From Leptonemataceae bacterium (GTDB taxonomy: Bacteria > Spirochaetota > Leptospiria > Leptospirales > Leptonemataceae), in contig OZ245742.1 of the NCBI GenBank assembly GCA_965227295.1, forward strand, positions 5,216,001 to 5,280,000: a stretch of DNA of 64,000 nt, in the 5' to 3' direction. The translations under genes were made by a program, and so were the position numbers. Under the pieces are notes generated by a model that saw only the letters and a program-made list of their open reading frames with translations, did no database searches and was not told the origin of the DNA. Positions 29,839 through 39,044 of this stretch are shown piece by piece. Position 1 is the first letter of the stretch; each line of letters begins with the position of its first letter.

Positions 29839-31209
29839 CACCAGCGGCCCCGCGGGCCGCAGCGTAATCGCCGGAAAGAACTTCAGCTCCGGCGCGTCCT
29901 TAAGTTTCGAAAAACGTACATTACGCACGATCGTCCCCAGGATCAAGACCGCTTCCATCATGGCAAAGTGCATGCCCACGCACACCCGTTGGCCGCCGCC
30001 GAACGGCAAATAGGCGTAACGCGGCAGACGATCGAAAAGGCCGTCCAGCCAGCGCTCCGGACGAAACTCCAGGGGCGCATCGAAGTACTTCGGATCACGG
30101 TGCAACGTATACGGCGAAAACGCGCAGAGGTCGCCGCGGCGCACTTTGTAATCGCCGAGTCGCGTTTCCCGCAGAGCCTCGCGGCCCGTGATCCATACCG
30201 GCGGATACAAACGCAAAGTCTCGCGCACCACGGCGGTGCAGAACGGCAAAGCGGCCATGTCCTGCGCGCCCGGCTCCCGGCCGGCGGCCACGTTTTCGAC
30301 TTCGGCACGCAAACGATCCTGGTACTCCGGATGTTCCGCGAGGGCATGCAACGCGTACGCGAGAGCGAGCGCCGTGGTTTCATGGCCGGCGGTGAACATC
30401 GTCATTAGTTCATCGCGTAAAAGATGCCGCGGCATGGCACGGCCGTCATCGTCTCGCGCCATCAACAGTCGCGTGAGCAGATCGTCACCGGCGCGGTCTT
30501 CGGCGATGCTGCGTTCGCTCGCCGCAACAATGCGATTCAGAATTTCGTCGATGGACGTGCCGACATCGCGAATGCGCCGCACCACCGGTTGTGGAATCCA
30601 CTTCGGCACGAGCCGGCGCCAGCTGCGCATCCACAGCACGTAGTCTTCCATTAGCTGTTCGATCAACTCACCGACGCCCTCGTCGCGGTCGTCCAGCTCC
30701 GCGCCGAAGAGCGTTTCCACCACCACATCCAGCGTAAGCTGCATGAGACCGGCGTGCACGTCCGTGCTGGAGTTCTGCAAAATGCCTTCCGCGTACCTGC
30801 GTGAGCGTTTTACCATGGAGTCGGCGTACGCGCTGATTTGTTTCGGTGCCAGGGACGGAGAGATGGTGCGGCGCTGGCGTTTCCAGAGTTCGCCTTCGCT
30901 CGTTAACAGACCGTCGCCGAGCACCATCTTGAGATCGCGAATGAAACGATCCTTAATGAACGCCTCGTCGCGATTGAGCAACAGGTGGCCGATCAACTCC
31001 GGGTCTTTGATCAACACAAAGCGCAGATCGATGCCGCGGATACGAAAGGCAGGCAGTTCGTAGCGCGCAAAGGCCTCAAGGCCACTCAGCGGTTCCTTGC
31101 CGAACGCGCTGAGTTCCCGCAGACCCTTGAGCACGGGCAGCGTCTCAATTTCCCGGAGTTCGTGGGGTGCGGAAACTTCCGGAGCAGTCGCAGGATTCGG
31201 CGGATTCAT
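29815..31209 (-). CDS. Cytochrome P450
   Basis: AGHETT, ETLRLYPP, PERW and FGGGQRVCVG heme motif. Start is uncertain (31209 or 31242). Confidence 0.95.
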   Translation of the reverse strand: MNPPNPATAPEVSAPHELREIETLPVLKGLRELSAFGKEPLSGLEAFARYELPAFRIRGIDLRFVLIKDPELIGHLLLNRDEAFIKDRFIRDLKMVLGDGLLTSEGELWKRQRRTISPSLAPKQISAYADSMVKRSRRYAEGILQNSSTDVHAGLMQLTLDVVVETLFGAELDDRDEGVGELIEQLMEDYVLWMRSWRRLVPKWIPQPVVRRIRDVGTSIDEILNRIVAASERSIAEDRAGDDLLTRLLMARDDDGRAMPRHLLRDELMTMFTAGHETTALALAYALHALAEHPEYQDRLRAEVENVAAGREPGAQDMAALPFCTAVVRETLRLYPPVWITGREALRETRLGDYKVRRGDLCAFSPYTLHRDPKYFDAPLEFRPERWLDGLFDRLPRYAYLPFGGGQRVCVGMHFAMMEAVLILGTIVRNVRFSKLKDAPELKFFPAITLRPAGPLVLGVDVPE

Positions 31210-31320
31210 CCCGCAGGCTGACTCCTTCCCCGGCAGCGTCAAGTGAAAACGAACATCGGCGGATTACAGCCGGGACGTTCGTCCATATTAACTACTGCCT
31301 GGTAAAACTTTGTCGCCGCA

Positions 31321-32181
31321 TCATTGCCCGGAGGCGAGGAACTCCGCCAGCAGCCGGCCCACGGTTTCGGGATCGTCCTCCTGCAAGAAGTGCCCGCACT
31401 CCGACAAAGCCGTAAGTTCGGCGTGCGGCAGGTCCTCCTGCAATCGCCGCGCGGTATCGGCGATGTCCGGCAGAATCCAGTCCCGCTCGCCGTAGATGAT
31501 GCGTACCGGGACCTTGAAGCGCTTCAGTTTCTGCGAAATCAGGAAGAAGCCCTTGCCGCTTAACTCGCCCCCGGCGCGCCTTAACGCTTCTCGGGAATCG
31601 GCGTCCGGAAACGGCGCGGTGACGCCCGCGTATACTTCGGCGGTGAGTCGCGCGGAACGGAACATGCCGAGCCACATCGCAAAGCGCAGGCCGGCCGGAC
31701 TGCACAGCCAGCCGGCCGTGAGCGGAAGTTGCAGGCTGCCGATGAACAACTTCACGGCCCACGACATCTCCGGATACACGATCGTATTCAGAATGCCCAG
31801 GCGCTCAATGCGCTCCGGATTCCGGCAGGCCCAGTAGAGACCCACCGGCCCGCCGAGATCGTGAACCACGAGCGCCGTGGTTTCGAGACCCAGGGCGGCG
31901 CAGAAACCGTCGAGCATCTTTGCAAACGATCCGAAGCTGTAGGCGCCGTCGTGCAGCGGCTTATCGGAAAGGCCGAAACCCGGCAGGTCCGGCACGATCA
32001 CGCGGCGACCGGCGTCCGCGATCACGGGCGCGACGTTGCGCCACAAAAACGAGGACGTGGGCCAGCCGTGCAGCAACAGCACCGGACGCCCGCTGCCGTA
32101 CTCGTGGTAATGGATGCGCAGGCCGTCGACGCTGACATACTTCGATTCGGCGGCGGTTAAGTTCGATAGGGTGTCGTTCAT
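31321..32181 (-). CDS. Alpha/beta hydrolase (haloalkane dehalogenase/epoxide hydrolase-like)
   Basis: LLHGWPTSSFLWR, DLPGFGLSDKP, VHDLGG and GHFLQED. Confidence 0.9.
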   Translation of the reverse strand: MNDTLSNLTAAESKYVSVDGLRIHYHEYGSGRPVLLLHGWPTSSFLWRNVAPVIADAGRRVIVPDLPGFGLSDKPLHDGAYSFGSFAKMLDGFCAALGLETTALVVHDLGGPVGLYWACRNPERIERLGILNTIVYPEMSWAVKLFIGSLQLPLTAGWLCSPAGLRFAMWLGMFRSARLTAEVYAGVTAPFPDADSREALRRAGGELSGKGFFLISQKLKRFKVPVRIIYGERDWILPDIADTARRLQEDLPHAELTALSECGHFLQEDDPETVGRLLAEFLASGQ

Positions 32182-32290
32182 GATTTCGCTCCTGCCCTGT
32201 ATAATGGGGATGACAGTACCGGCCGGGCGTGAAAAGAGGGTCAAACGGAAAGCAGTCCACCACCCTGCCTTCGCGAAAAATATTTCCCGA

Positions 32291-32329
32291 ATGACAAATC
32301 CCTTGCTTTGGCGACAAATGATTTGTCAT
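32291..32329. promoter_or_regulatory. Candidate MarR operator
   Basis: Palindrome GACAAAT-G-ATTTGTC at 32313-32327 plus a half-site ATGACAAATC at 32291, between the divergent hydrolase and MarR genes. Confidence 0.55.
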
Positions 32330-32340
32330 CTTGCATCATC

Positions 32341-32796
32341 ATGAAAAACAATCAGACCAGCGCCCACCGGGATCGCCGCCGGCTCCTGGGCGAACTAACG
32401 GGAGAAATCATCCGCACGTACCACGTGTTGCGGCGCATCGAGGAGCGCCTGCACGGCGACGGATCGGCTTCCGAGGCCGAACGAGGGGTGCTCTTCGCGT
32501 TGCATGCCGGCCCGCAAACCATGCCGGCGCTGGCCCGGGAGCGATCGCTGACGCGCCAGCGCGTGCAACAAATCGCCGCCGGCCTGGAACGTGACGGCCG
32601 CATCGAACGACGGGACAATCCCCTCAGCGAACGTTCGCCGCTCTACGTACTGAGCAAAGCCGGCAACGATTACGTACGATCGATGTTACGCAAAGAACAT
32701 CGCCGGTTTCGGGACGTGCTGGGTGAGTCGAGCGTGCGGCGGTTACGAACAACGCTCTCGGTCCTGCGCGAATTGCGCGAGGAGCTGGAAGATTGA
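32341..32796 (+). CDS. MarR-family winged-helix regulator
   Basis: GPQTMPALARERSLTRQRVQQI..LERDG.IER.DNP..RSPLY.LS..G. Confidence 0.85.
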   Translation: MKNNQTSAHRDRRRLLGELTGEIIRTYHVLRRIEERLHGDGSASEAERGVLFALHAGPQTMPALARERSLTRQRVQQIAAGLERDGRIERRDNPLSERSPLYVLSKAGNDYVRSMLRKEHRRFRDVLGESSVRRLRTTLSVLRELREELED

Positions 32797-32817
32797 AGTA
32801 ACTTCTGAAAACCAGGC

Positions 32818-32845
32818 TTGACCCGGTTTTCCGGCGTGTTATAAT
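32818..32845 (+). promoter_or_regulatory. Sigma70-type promoter TTGACC-N16-TATAAT with extended -10 TG
   Basis: TTGACC at 32818-23, TG at 32837-38 and TATAAT at 32840-45, 10 nt before ATG 32856. Confidence 0.65.
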
Positions 32846-32855
32846 ACCGTTCGTA

Positions 32856-33416
32856 ATGTCGGCTCCGGATTTAAGGAATCAAACGCAAGCTCCGTCTCAT
32901 GACGGTCGACCGGCCACGGTCACGGAATATTTAGAACTGCCGGACGACGGCCGACGCTACGAACTCATCCAGGGAGTGTTGCGTTTGAGCCCCAGTCCTT
33001 TTCGTCCCCACGGCACCGTCGCCGGACGATTCTTCCGCGTTCTGGATACATATCTGGACGAACATCCCGTCGGCACGGCGGGTATGGAATGTGACGTCAT
33101 ACTCGAAACGGGTGATGTCCTCCGGCCGGATGTTCATTTTGCTTCCGGCCCGCCCATTCGCGGTCACATTCGCCGCGTGCCGGAGTTGGTTGCGGAAGTC
33201 CTGTCCGCATCGACTGCCGAACGGGATCGTGAACTCAAAGGCCGCATCTATCTCCATGCCGGAGTCCGCGAGTTCTGGCTCATAGATCCCGACAAACATA
33301 CACTCGAAGTACGTTACCACGACGAGGGGACCTGGCAGGTGAACCGCGGTGACGAACTGGAATCCCGTGTCCTGCCCGGATTAGTGGTTACGGTCCGGCA
33401 ACTGTTCAAAGAGTGA
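32856..33416 (+). CDS. Uma2-family PD-(D/E)xK endonuclease
   Basis: RYELIQG..SPSP..H, RPDV, PELVAEVLS..T..RD..K..Y..AGVREFWLIDP. Confidence 0.9.
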   Translation: MSAPDLRNQTQAPSHDGRPATVTEYLELPDDGRRYELIQGVLRLSPSPFRPHGTVAGRFFRVLDTYLDEHPVGTAGMECDVILETGDVLRPDVHFASGPPIRGHIRRVPELVAEVLSASTAERDRELKGRIYLHAGVREFWLIDPDKHTLEVRYHDEGTWQVNRGDELESRVLPGLVVTVRQLFKE

Positions 33417-33459
33417 TACGCAAATCCCGGGTCTACGCCCGCGCATCCACTAACACGCG

Positions 33460-34737
33460 CTACTTCTTCGTCGCGTGGGGGATGTACGTCATCACGGCGG
33501 TGTCGCGGCCCTTCACCGTCAGCGGTTCGCGCTTTTCGAACTCGAAGCCGTCCACGTCTTTCGCGGCCTGGTAGGTGTTCTCGTCGACCAGGACCGTATC
33601 GGCGTGCACCATAAGGCGGGCGGCCAGGTTCACGTTCGTCCCGTGCATGGTGTACTCGCAGCGAACCTCGTTGCCCACCGTACCGCAGAATGCGCGCCCC
33701 GTGGCCACACCGACGGCGGCGTCGTGACCGGAAGCGGCCAGGGCCTGGCGCAGATCCAGCGCCGCGCGAATGCCGCGCACCGGATCATCCTCGTGGACCA
33801 ACGGCGGCAGACCGAAGGCGGCGAGCAGGATCGTGCCTTTCTCGTCCACGCCCAGGCGATTGATGCTGCCCTCGTAACGGTAAATGCATTCCTGCATCAC
33901 GAGCATAATGATCTGCACGACCTGAACCGGAAGGTCCGCGGTGAACTGAAGATTGCGAACTTTGCAAAAGAGCGCGGTGATGGGTCGAAGCTCCCCGCTG
34001 CTGTCCTCGAGGTCACCGACCAGCACGGCCCGCGGAATGTACACGTTGAAGGCCGTGCGCGCGGGTTCGGGAATTTCAATGCGTGACAGTGTCGGCCGAT
34101 CCTCCGGCGGGAGCGGTTGCATGCGGAACTTCTGCGCTGATTGTTTCTCGCCCAGACCGGCATTCTGCAACGAACGCCAGGCCTGCGGAGCGATCATCAC
34201 CTGACCCGGTTCCGCCAGCGTGCCGCCGTGACCGGCCTGGCCCATGGGACTGCCGGCGAAGACGTACTCCCAGCGATCCAGGTATCCGCCGAGATGCAGC
34301 TCATAGAGCGTGCCCGCGCCGACGCCGACGCGCAGCGCCAGGGTTACGTCTTCGTCGATGGGATAATTGTGCAGTTGCTTCTGGATCGTGAGGCCGCAGG
34401 TGGCGGCCATGCGTATCGCGTGGGACAGGCCGGCCGTCGCCGCCGCCGGCCAGATCGCAAACACGGCGTCCCCGGCAAACTTCACGATGTCCCCGCCGCA
34501 CTCGGTGATGATGTTCACGAGCCGGCCGATGTAGATGTCGAGGTAACCGGTGAGTTTTTTGACGCCCTGGCGGGGGTCTTCCCCGGTCAGGCGCTCCGCC
34601 AGGAGCGTGAAGTTCTGCATGTCCGCGAACAGCACGGCCGCGTGGAAGCTGTTGGAAATCGGCTCCTCGGGCGGCTCCGGGTTGCGATCAAGGTAATGCA
34701 GCAATCGCTGGGAGACGTATTTGGTCAGATTCTCCAG
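33460..34737 (-). CDS. Soluble tandem-domain class III adenylyl cyclase (sAC-like)
   Basis: C1 has VLFADMQNFT and IVKFAGDA. C2 has VDEKG..LAAFGLPP and EYTMHGTNVNLAARLM. The frame is open up to CTG 34737 (LENLTKYVSQRL); the annotated TTG start is 34704. Confidence 0.88.
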   Translation of the reverse strand: MENLTKYVSQRLLHYLDRNPEPPEEPISNSFHAAVLFADMQNFTLLAERLTGEDPRQGVKKLTGYLDIYIGRLVNIITECGGDIVKFAGDAVFAIWPAAATAGLSHAIRMAATCGLTIQKQLHNYPIDEDVTLALRVGVGAGTLYELHLGGYLDRWEYVFAGSPMGQAGHGGTLAEPGQVMIAPQAWRSLQNAGLGEKQSAQKFRMQPLPPEDRPTLSRIEIPEPARTAFNVYIPRAVLVGDLEDSSGELRPITALFCKVRNLQFTADLPVQVVQIIMLVMQECIYRYEGSINRLGVDEKGTILLAAFGLPPLVHEDDPVRGIRAALDLRQALAASGHDAAVGVATGRAFCGTVGNEVRCEYTMHGTNVNLAARLMVHADTVLVDENTYQAAKDVDGFEFEKREPLTVKGRDTAVMTYIPHATKK

Positions 34738-34882
34738 GGTTCGGATCCGGTCGGGTCACGCCCGAAAGTGTCATTTCAAATGCCGTCGCCGCTGCCGCAA
34801 CGATTTCCAGTCGCGGGAACACGGTGACACTGTTGAGATTATCGGCGCGGGCATGCGCAGAATCGACACGAACTACGGCACT

Positions 34883-36958
34883 TTACCGGGACACCATCTC
34901 CAGATGTTTGCGAATGCGATCCCGGTAGAAACGGGCCGCGGTGTCCTCGGGGTTGTCGTCGAGAACCGCTTCGAACAACCGGCCGGCCTCTTCAAACTGT
35001 TCGGCGTGGGCCAGCTCTACCGCCTCGTGAAACCGCGCACGGTCTTTTATGAGGCGCTGCTTGACGTCGTCCGGGTAACCGTTCAGAACCGAATGAACCG
35101 GAAACGATTGCGTGCGGCCCTTTACGCGCACCCGTCCCAACGTACGATGCAGGATCGCCTCGGTGTTCGTCAGATTCTCCAGGACCGCGTCGCTGATGAT
35201 GATCGCCGAACCGTAGCGGCGGGTCAGGCGTTCCACGCGCGACGCCGTGTTCACCGTATCCGAAATGACCGTGCCCTCCATGCGATTCTCGTGACCGATC
35301 ATGCCGAGCATGATGTCGCCGGTATGAATGCCGACGCCGATGGAGATGGACTCGTAACCCATGGCCGCCCGGTGACGGTTGTAGCGGCGCACCTCTTCCT
35401 GCATCTCCACGGCCGCGCGCACGGCCTGGTCCGGCGGCCCCGGAAACAGCGCCATGATCGCGTCGCCGATGTACTTGTCCACGAAGCCGCCGTGGGAGTT
35501 AACGATGGGCGTCATGCGCTTAAGGTACGAATTGAGAAAGTTAAAGTTCTGCGCCGGGGACATCTGCTCGGACATCACCGTGAACGAACGAATGTCGGTG
35601 AACATCACCGTCATGCGGCGCTCCACCTGATCGCCCAACTGCACCTCGGTGATGTCGTGTTTGCCGAGGATGTCCAGAAACTCCGTGGGCACGAAGCGGG
35701 CCAGCGACCGGTTCGTATCGCGCAGGTTCGCGGAAAGCCGGCTCACGGACTCGTAGGCGTTCGCGAAGAGCCGGGCCAGCAGATACGACTGCGCCAGAAT
35801 GAAAATCAACAGGCCGAACTGAAACAGCGGGCCCACCGGAGAGATGAGGCGAAAGTAGAGTATGTCGTTGACCGCGGCCCCGCAGGCGACGAGTCCGCCG
35901 AGCAGCGAAGCAAGCGCCCCGCCCCGCCGGTGATACAAAGCCACGCTCCAGATGATGATGCTGCCGACCACGGAAAGCGCCGTGCTCAACTGAAACCAGG
36001 TCAATATGCTCGCGAACACCAACGGCGGCGTAACCAGAATGAACACGGAAGAAACGACGGCGATTGTCAGCAACGGAACGAGCACGAAGCGTACGCCTCG
36101 AAAGGGATACGTAACGCCCAGAAACAAAGCGAAGAGCGGCCCCGCGACAATGAACGAGATGTACTCGACGCGCGCCTGCCAGGCGTAGGTCAGTCCCGGT
36201 AGATAGTTCAGGACGAGCACCTCGTTCGTAAACAGGATGCGCAGTACGTAACTGAAACAAAACGCGGCGAAGACCAGGGCCGGCCGGTCCGCGGGACGGT
36301 TCAGAAAGAGGCCGAGGTGATACAACGCCATCGCCAGGATGACACCAAGGGCTACGATGTTTCCGAACAACGCCTCCTCGCGCGCGGCCTCCACGGCCCC
36401 GGCCGGACCGAAGAGCGGCGCCCGCCGCAGACCGCCCGTGGGATACGTATAGTTCGCCACCTGGATGGCCAGCACGAACTCCGGCACCTCCGCTTTTTCC
36501 GCCGCGGGGAACGTACCGAGGGACACGTAACGCGTGCGCACGTCGGGATAATACTCCACGGCATCGGCGGAGACCCGGCCGAGGCCGGCGACGTCCCGCC
36601 CGTTCACAAAGATACGATTGCTAGAACTTACGGCGGATAGAAAGACTCCCGCCTGCTCGCCGCGCCAGGACTCCGGCACCTGCACGCGAGCGACGTACGT
36701 GCCGTAACCGATCGCGGGAATTTCCGAATCGTCCCACAGGAGCGGAGCCGGAACGACGACTTCGCCCGTGCAATCGGCGCCCGTGCAGAGCTGCGACGGA
36801 TAGTAGGCCCAACCCTGCTTGAGCTGTACCGGCGCGGGGTTTTCGGGCAGATGAATCAACGCGCCGGTGCTTTCGGCGACGGCCGCCGGCGGACGACAGG
36901 CAGACAACGCCGGCAACACAAGCGCCATCAAGAGAGGAATGATCAGTCGGGGACGCAA
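34883..36958 (-). CDS. 7TMR-DISM membrane adenylate/guanylate cyclase
   Basis: Lipobox LSAC, extracellular domain, 7 TM, VMFTDIRSFT, DKYIGDAIM and TVISDTVNTASR. Confidence 0.9.
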   Translation of the reverse strand: MRPRLIIPLLMALVLPALSACRPPAAVAESTGALIHLPENPAPVQLKQGWAYYPSQLCTGADCTGEVVVPAPLLWDDSEIPAIGYGTYVARVQVPESWRGEQAGVFLSAVSSSNRIFVNGRDVAGLGRVSADAVEYYPDVRTRYVSLGTFPAAEKAEVPEFVLAIQVANYTYPTGGLRRAPLFGPAGAVEAAREEALFGNIVALGVILAMALYHLGLFLNRPADRPALVFAAFCFSYVLRILFTNEVLVLNYLPGLTYAWQARVEYISFIVAGPLFALFLGVTYPFRGVRFVLVPLLTIAVVSSVFILVTPPLVFASILTWFQLSTALSVVGSIIIWSVALYHRRGGALASLLGGLVACGAAVNDILYFRLISPVGPLFQFGLLIFILAQSYLLARLFANAYESVSRLSANLRDTNRSLARFVPTEFLDILGKHDITEVQLGDQVERRMTVMFTDIRSFTVMSEQMSPAQNFNFLNSYLKRMTPIVNSHGGFVDKYIGDAIMALFPGPPDQAVRAAVEMQEEVRRYNRHRAAMGYESISIGVGIHTGDIMLGMIGHENRMEGTVISDTVNTASRVERLTRRYGSAIIISDAVLENLTNTEAILHRTLGRVRVKGRTQSFPVHSVLNGYPDDVKQRLIKDRARFHEAVELAHAEQFEEAGRLFEAVLDDNPEDTAARFYRDRIRKHLEMVSR

Positions 36959-37057
36959 GATTCGATGCTGTTCGGCGGTCAGGCGGGCGTCAAATCACTT
37001 TTGTCCGCCGGTTAAATGACTCTAACCGAAAACTAACAGTCTTCGACGCGCGTATGT

Positions 37058-37498
37058 TCACATGGACTGCATGAGCAACGTCTTCGCTTTTGCGTACTTC
37101 AACGAGATGCGATGCTGGTCTTCGGCCGGCAGATACTGCAATCGCCGCGGATCGGAGTTGTCCATGATGTCGGCCCACTTCACCGGAATGGCGATGGCGT
37201 TACCGGATTCGACGATGCGCTGAAGGTACTCGTCGTGGGGCTCGCCTTCGCGTTTCGTCAGCACCTCCACGGCACCGATGACCCGGGACGGACATCCGCG
37301 AGCGCGCAAATCTTCAATGGTAAGCTCCGTGTCTTCGATGGTGTCGTGAAGCACGGCGGCCATCTTCTGGTGAATGCCGGTTACGTTTTCCATGACCCGC
37401 AGCGGGTGAAAGATGTACGGGAAACCGGCCTTGTCCGTCTGGCCGCGGTGGGCCTCCGCCGCGATCTGTATGGCTGTTTCAATCGTGAAGTCTCTCAT
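37058..37498 (-). CDS. Stand-alone HD-domain protein (RelA/SpoT hydrolase-like, Mesh1/SAH type)
   Basis: AHRGQTDKAG.PYIFHP, AVLHDTIEDT and VKWADIMDN. Confidence 0.85.
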   Translation of the reverse strand: MRDFTIETAIQIAAEAHRGQTDKAGFPYIFHPLRVMENVTGIHQKMAAVLHDTIEDTELTIEDLRARGCPSRVIGAVEVLTKREGEPHDEYLQRIVESGNAIAIPVKWADIMDNSDPRRLQYLPAEDQHRISLKYAKAKTLLMQSM

Positions 37499-37531
37499 AT
37501 TGTTCTAAGAGTACGCGCCGCCGACGGATTT

Positions 37532-38311
37532 CTATGCCTTGCCGAGCAAACGATCCACCGGCTTGCTCATGAGTCCCAGCACGAAGCCCGGCGCCACGCG
37601 ACTCATGAAATGCAACTGGCCGGACTGGCCGGGACGAATCTCGAAGTTGTTTTTCTCGAAGCCTTTCATGGCAACGTCGACCATTTTGTCGAGGGGCATG
37701 ATCGCAGCGCCTTCCATGTCTTTGTCGTCGAAGGTGTCCAGAAGTTCCGTGGCCGTTGCCGGAGGCGCCAGTTCAAAGACCCGCACGCCGGTGTGTTTGA
37801 GCTGCACGCGCAACGACAATGTATACGAATGCAGGGCGGCCTTTGTGGCGCAGTAGACCGGAGAAATCGGCAGCGGTACGAAGGCCAGGCCGGAGGATAC
37901 GTTTACGATGGCGGCGTCGCCGTTCTTTTTGAGCAACGGCAGAAATCGATCCACCATCCAGATGGGCCCTTTAAGATTGATGTCGATCTCGCTCGTGAGC
38001 TGAACGGCCTTGCCCCCGCTCTTGTGCAGGTTGATGGAACGCATGACCCCGGCGTTGTTGATGAGCACGTTGAGCCGCGGAAACTTCTTCTCGACGGTCT
38101 TGTAGAGTTTATCGACGGCCTTCGGATCGGAAACGTCGCTCTGGATCGTTTGCAGTCCCGGTAGTTTCGCCGCGGCCTCTTTGAGTTTCTTCGCGTTACG
38201 CCCGGTTACGATAACCTGATTGTTGCCGGCCTCGATAAAGCGCTGCGCCAGTTCCAGGCCAATGCCCCCGGAACCGCCGGTAATTAAGACTGTGTTGCCC
38301 GTAAGTTTCAT
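37532..38311 (-). CDS. Short-chain dehydrogenase (DltE-like)
   Basis: MKLTGNTVLITGGSGGIG, NNAG, NVSSGL and YCATK. Confidence 0.92.
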   Translation of the reverse strand: MKLTGNTVLITGGSGGIGLELAQRFIEAGNNQVIVTGRNAKKLKEAAAKLPGLQTIQSDVSDPKAVDKLYKTVEKKFPRLNVLINNAGVMRSINLHKSGGKAVQLTSEIDINLKGPIWMVDRFLPLLKKNGDAAIVNVSSGLAFVPLPISPVYCATKAALHSYTLSLRVQLKHTGVRVFELAPPATATELLDTFDDKDMEGAAIMPLDKMVDVAMKGFEKNNFEIRPGQSGQLHFMSRVAPGFVLGLMSKPVDRLLGKA

Positions 38312-38450
38312 GCGGAGCCCCCGAGGTGTGTTGGATGCACCGATGCTGGTCGACACCGCCGGGCGCTGCAAGTGAAATTCACGGTTATTTTCCCTGCATC
38401 GAGCGAACAAAAAGAACTGACATTCGCCGAACGCCGTCCAACATCGTGTT

Positions 38451-39044
38451 ATGGAAATCATCTATCTCGTGCTCATGATCTTCTCCGAAGGCAATCTCCA
38501 GAGCATCAGCATCGACGCCTGGCATACTTACAAGGGCGCCCCGGCAGCCGTCGCCGACCGGAGTTGCGACGAGGCCATCCGCAATTCCGGTTTTCAGGCG
38601 CACGTCGCGGCCAAACTTCCGGAAGGCGCCGAGGCCCGCCTCGCCTGCCGCACGTTCTCCGAACTGAGCGATCTCGCGGCCACCGTGGAAACGGCGCAGA
38701 GTCTCCAGGTTTTTTCGAAGAACGATTTCGCCGACCGTCCGGAGACCCTGAGCGGCAAACTCATCCACAAACCCTACGATCCGCACCGTAAGTCCGGCGA
38801 GGCCTACCTGGGCCAGGAATTTTTTCTCGAAATCGAAGGGCGCGGCCGCGTGGCGTTGTATCCGACGGAATCCGTGGATAAGCAGGCGCTACTTAAGTTA
38901 AAAAACAAGAAAGTTAAGGTCCGCGGAAAATTCGTCGATCGCACGCCGAAAGTGGATCCGAACATGCCCGTGCAGTATCCCATCGGCGAAGACGGCGGCC
39001 CCCTGAAGCGCGTCGGTTACGAGGTGCTGGAGATTCTTCCGTAG
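38451..39044 (+). CDS. Hypothetical protein
   Basis: 197-aa ORF translationally coupled to the next gene, with an OB-fold-like C-terminus (KKVKVRG). Confidence 0.65.
   Translation: MEIIYLVLMIFSEGNLQSISIDAWHTYKGAPAAVADRSCDEAIRNSGFQAHVAAKLPEGAEARLACRTFSELSDLAATVETAQSLQVFSKNDFADRPETLSGKLIHKPYDPHRKSGEAYLGQEFFLEIEGRGRVALYPTESVDKQALLKLKNKKVKVRGKFVDRTPKVDPNMPVQYPIGEDGGPLKRVGYEVLEILP

Noticed and set aside
34721..36202. Long antisense ORFs (493 aa here; also 45105-46535, 1724-2641, 59377-60504)
   Set aside because: These are shadow or alternate frames of well-supported genes in high-GC DNA, with no motifs.
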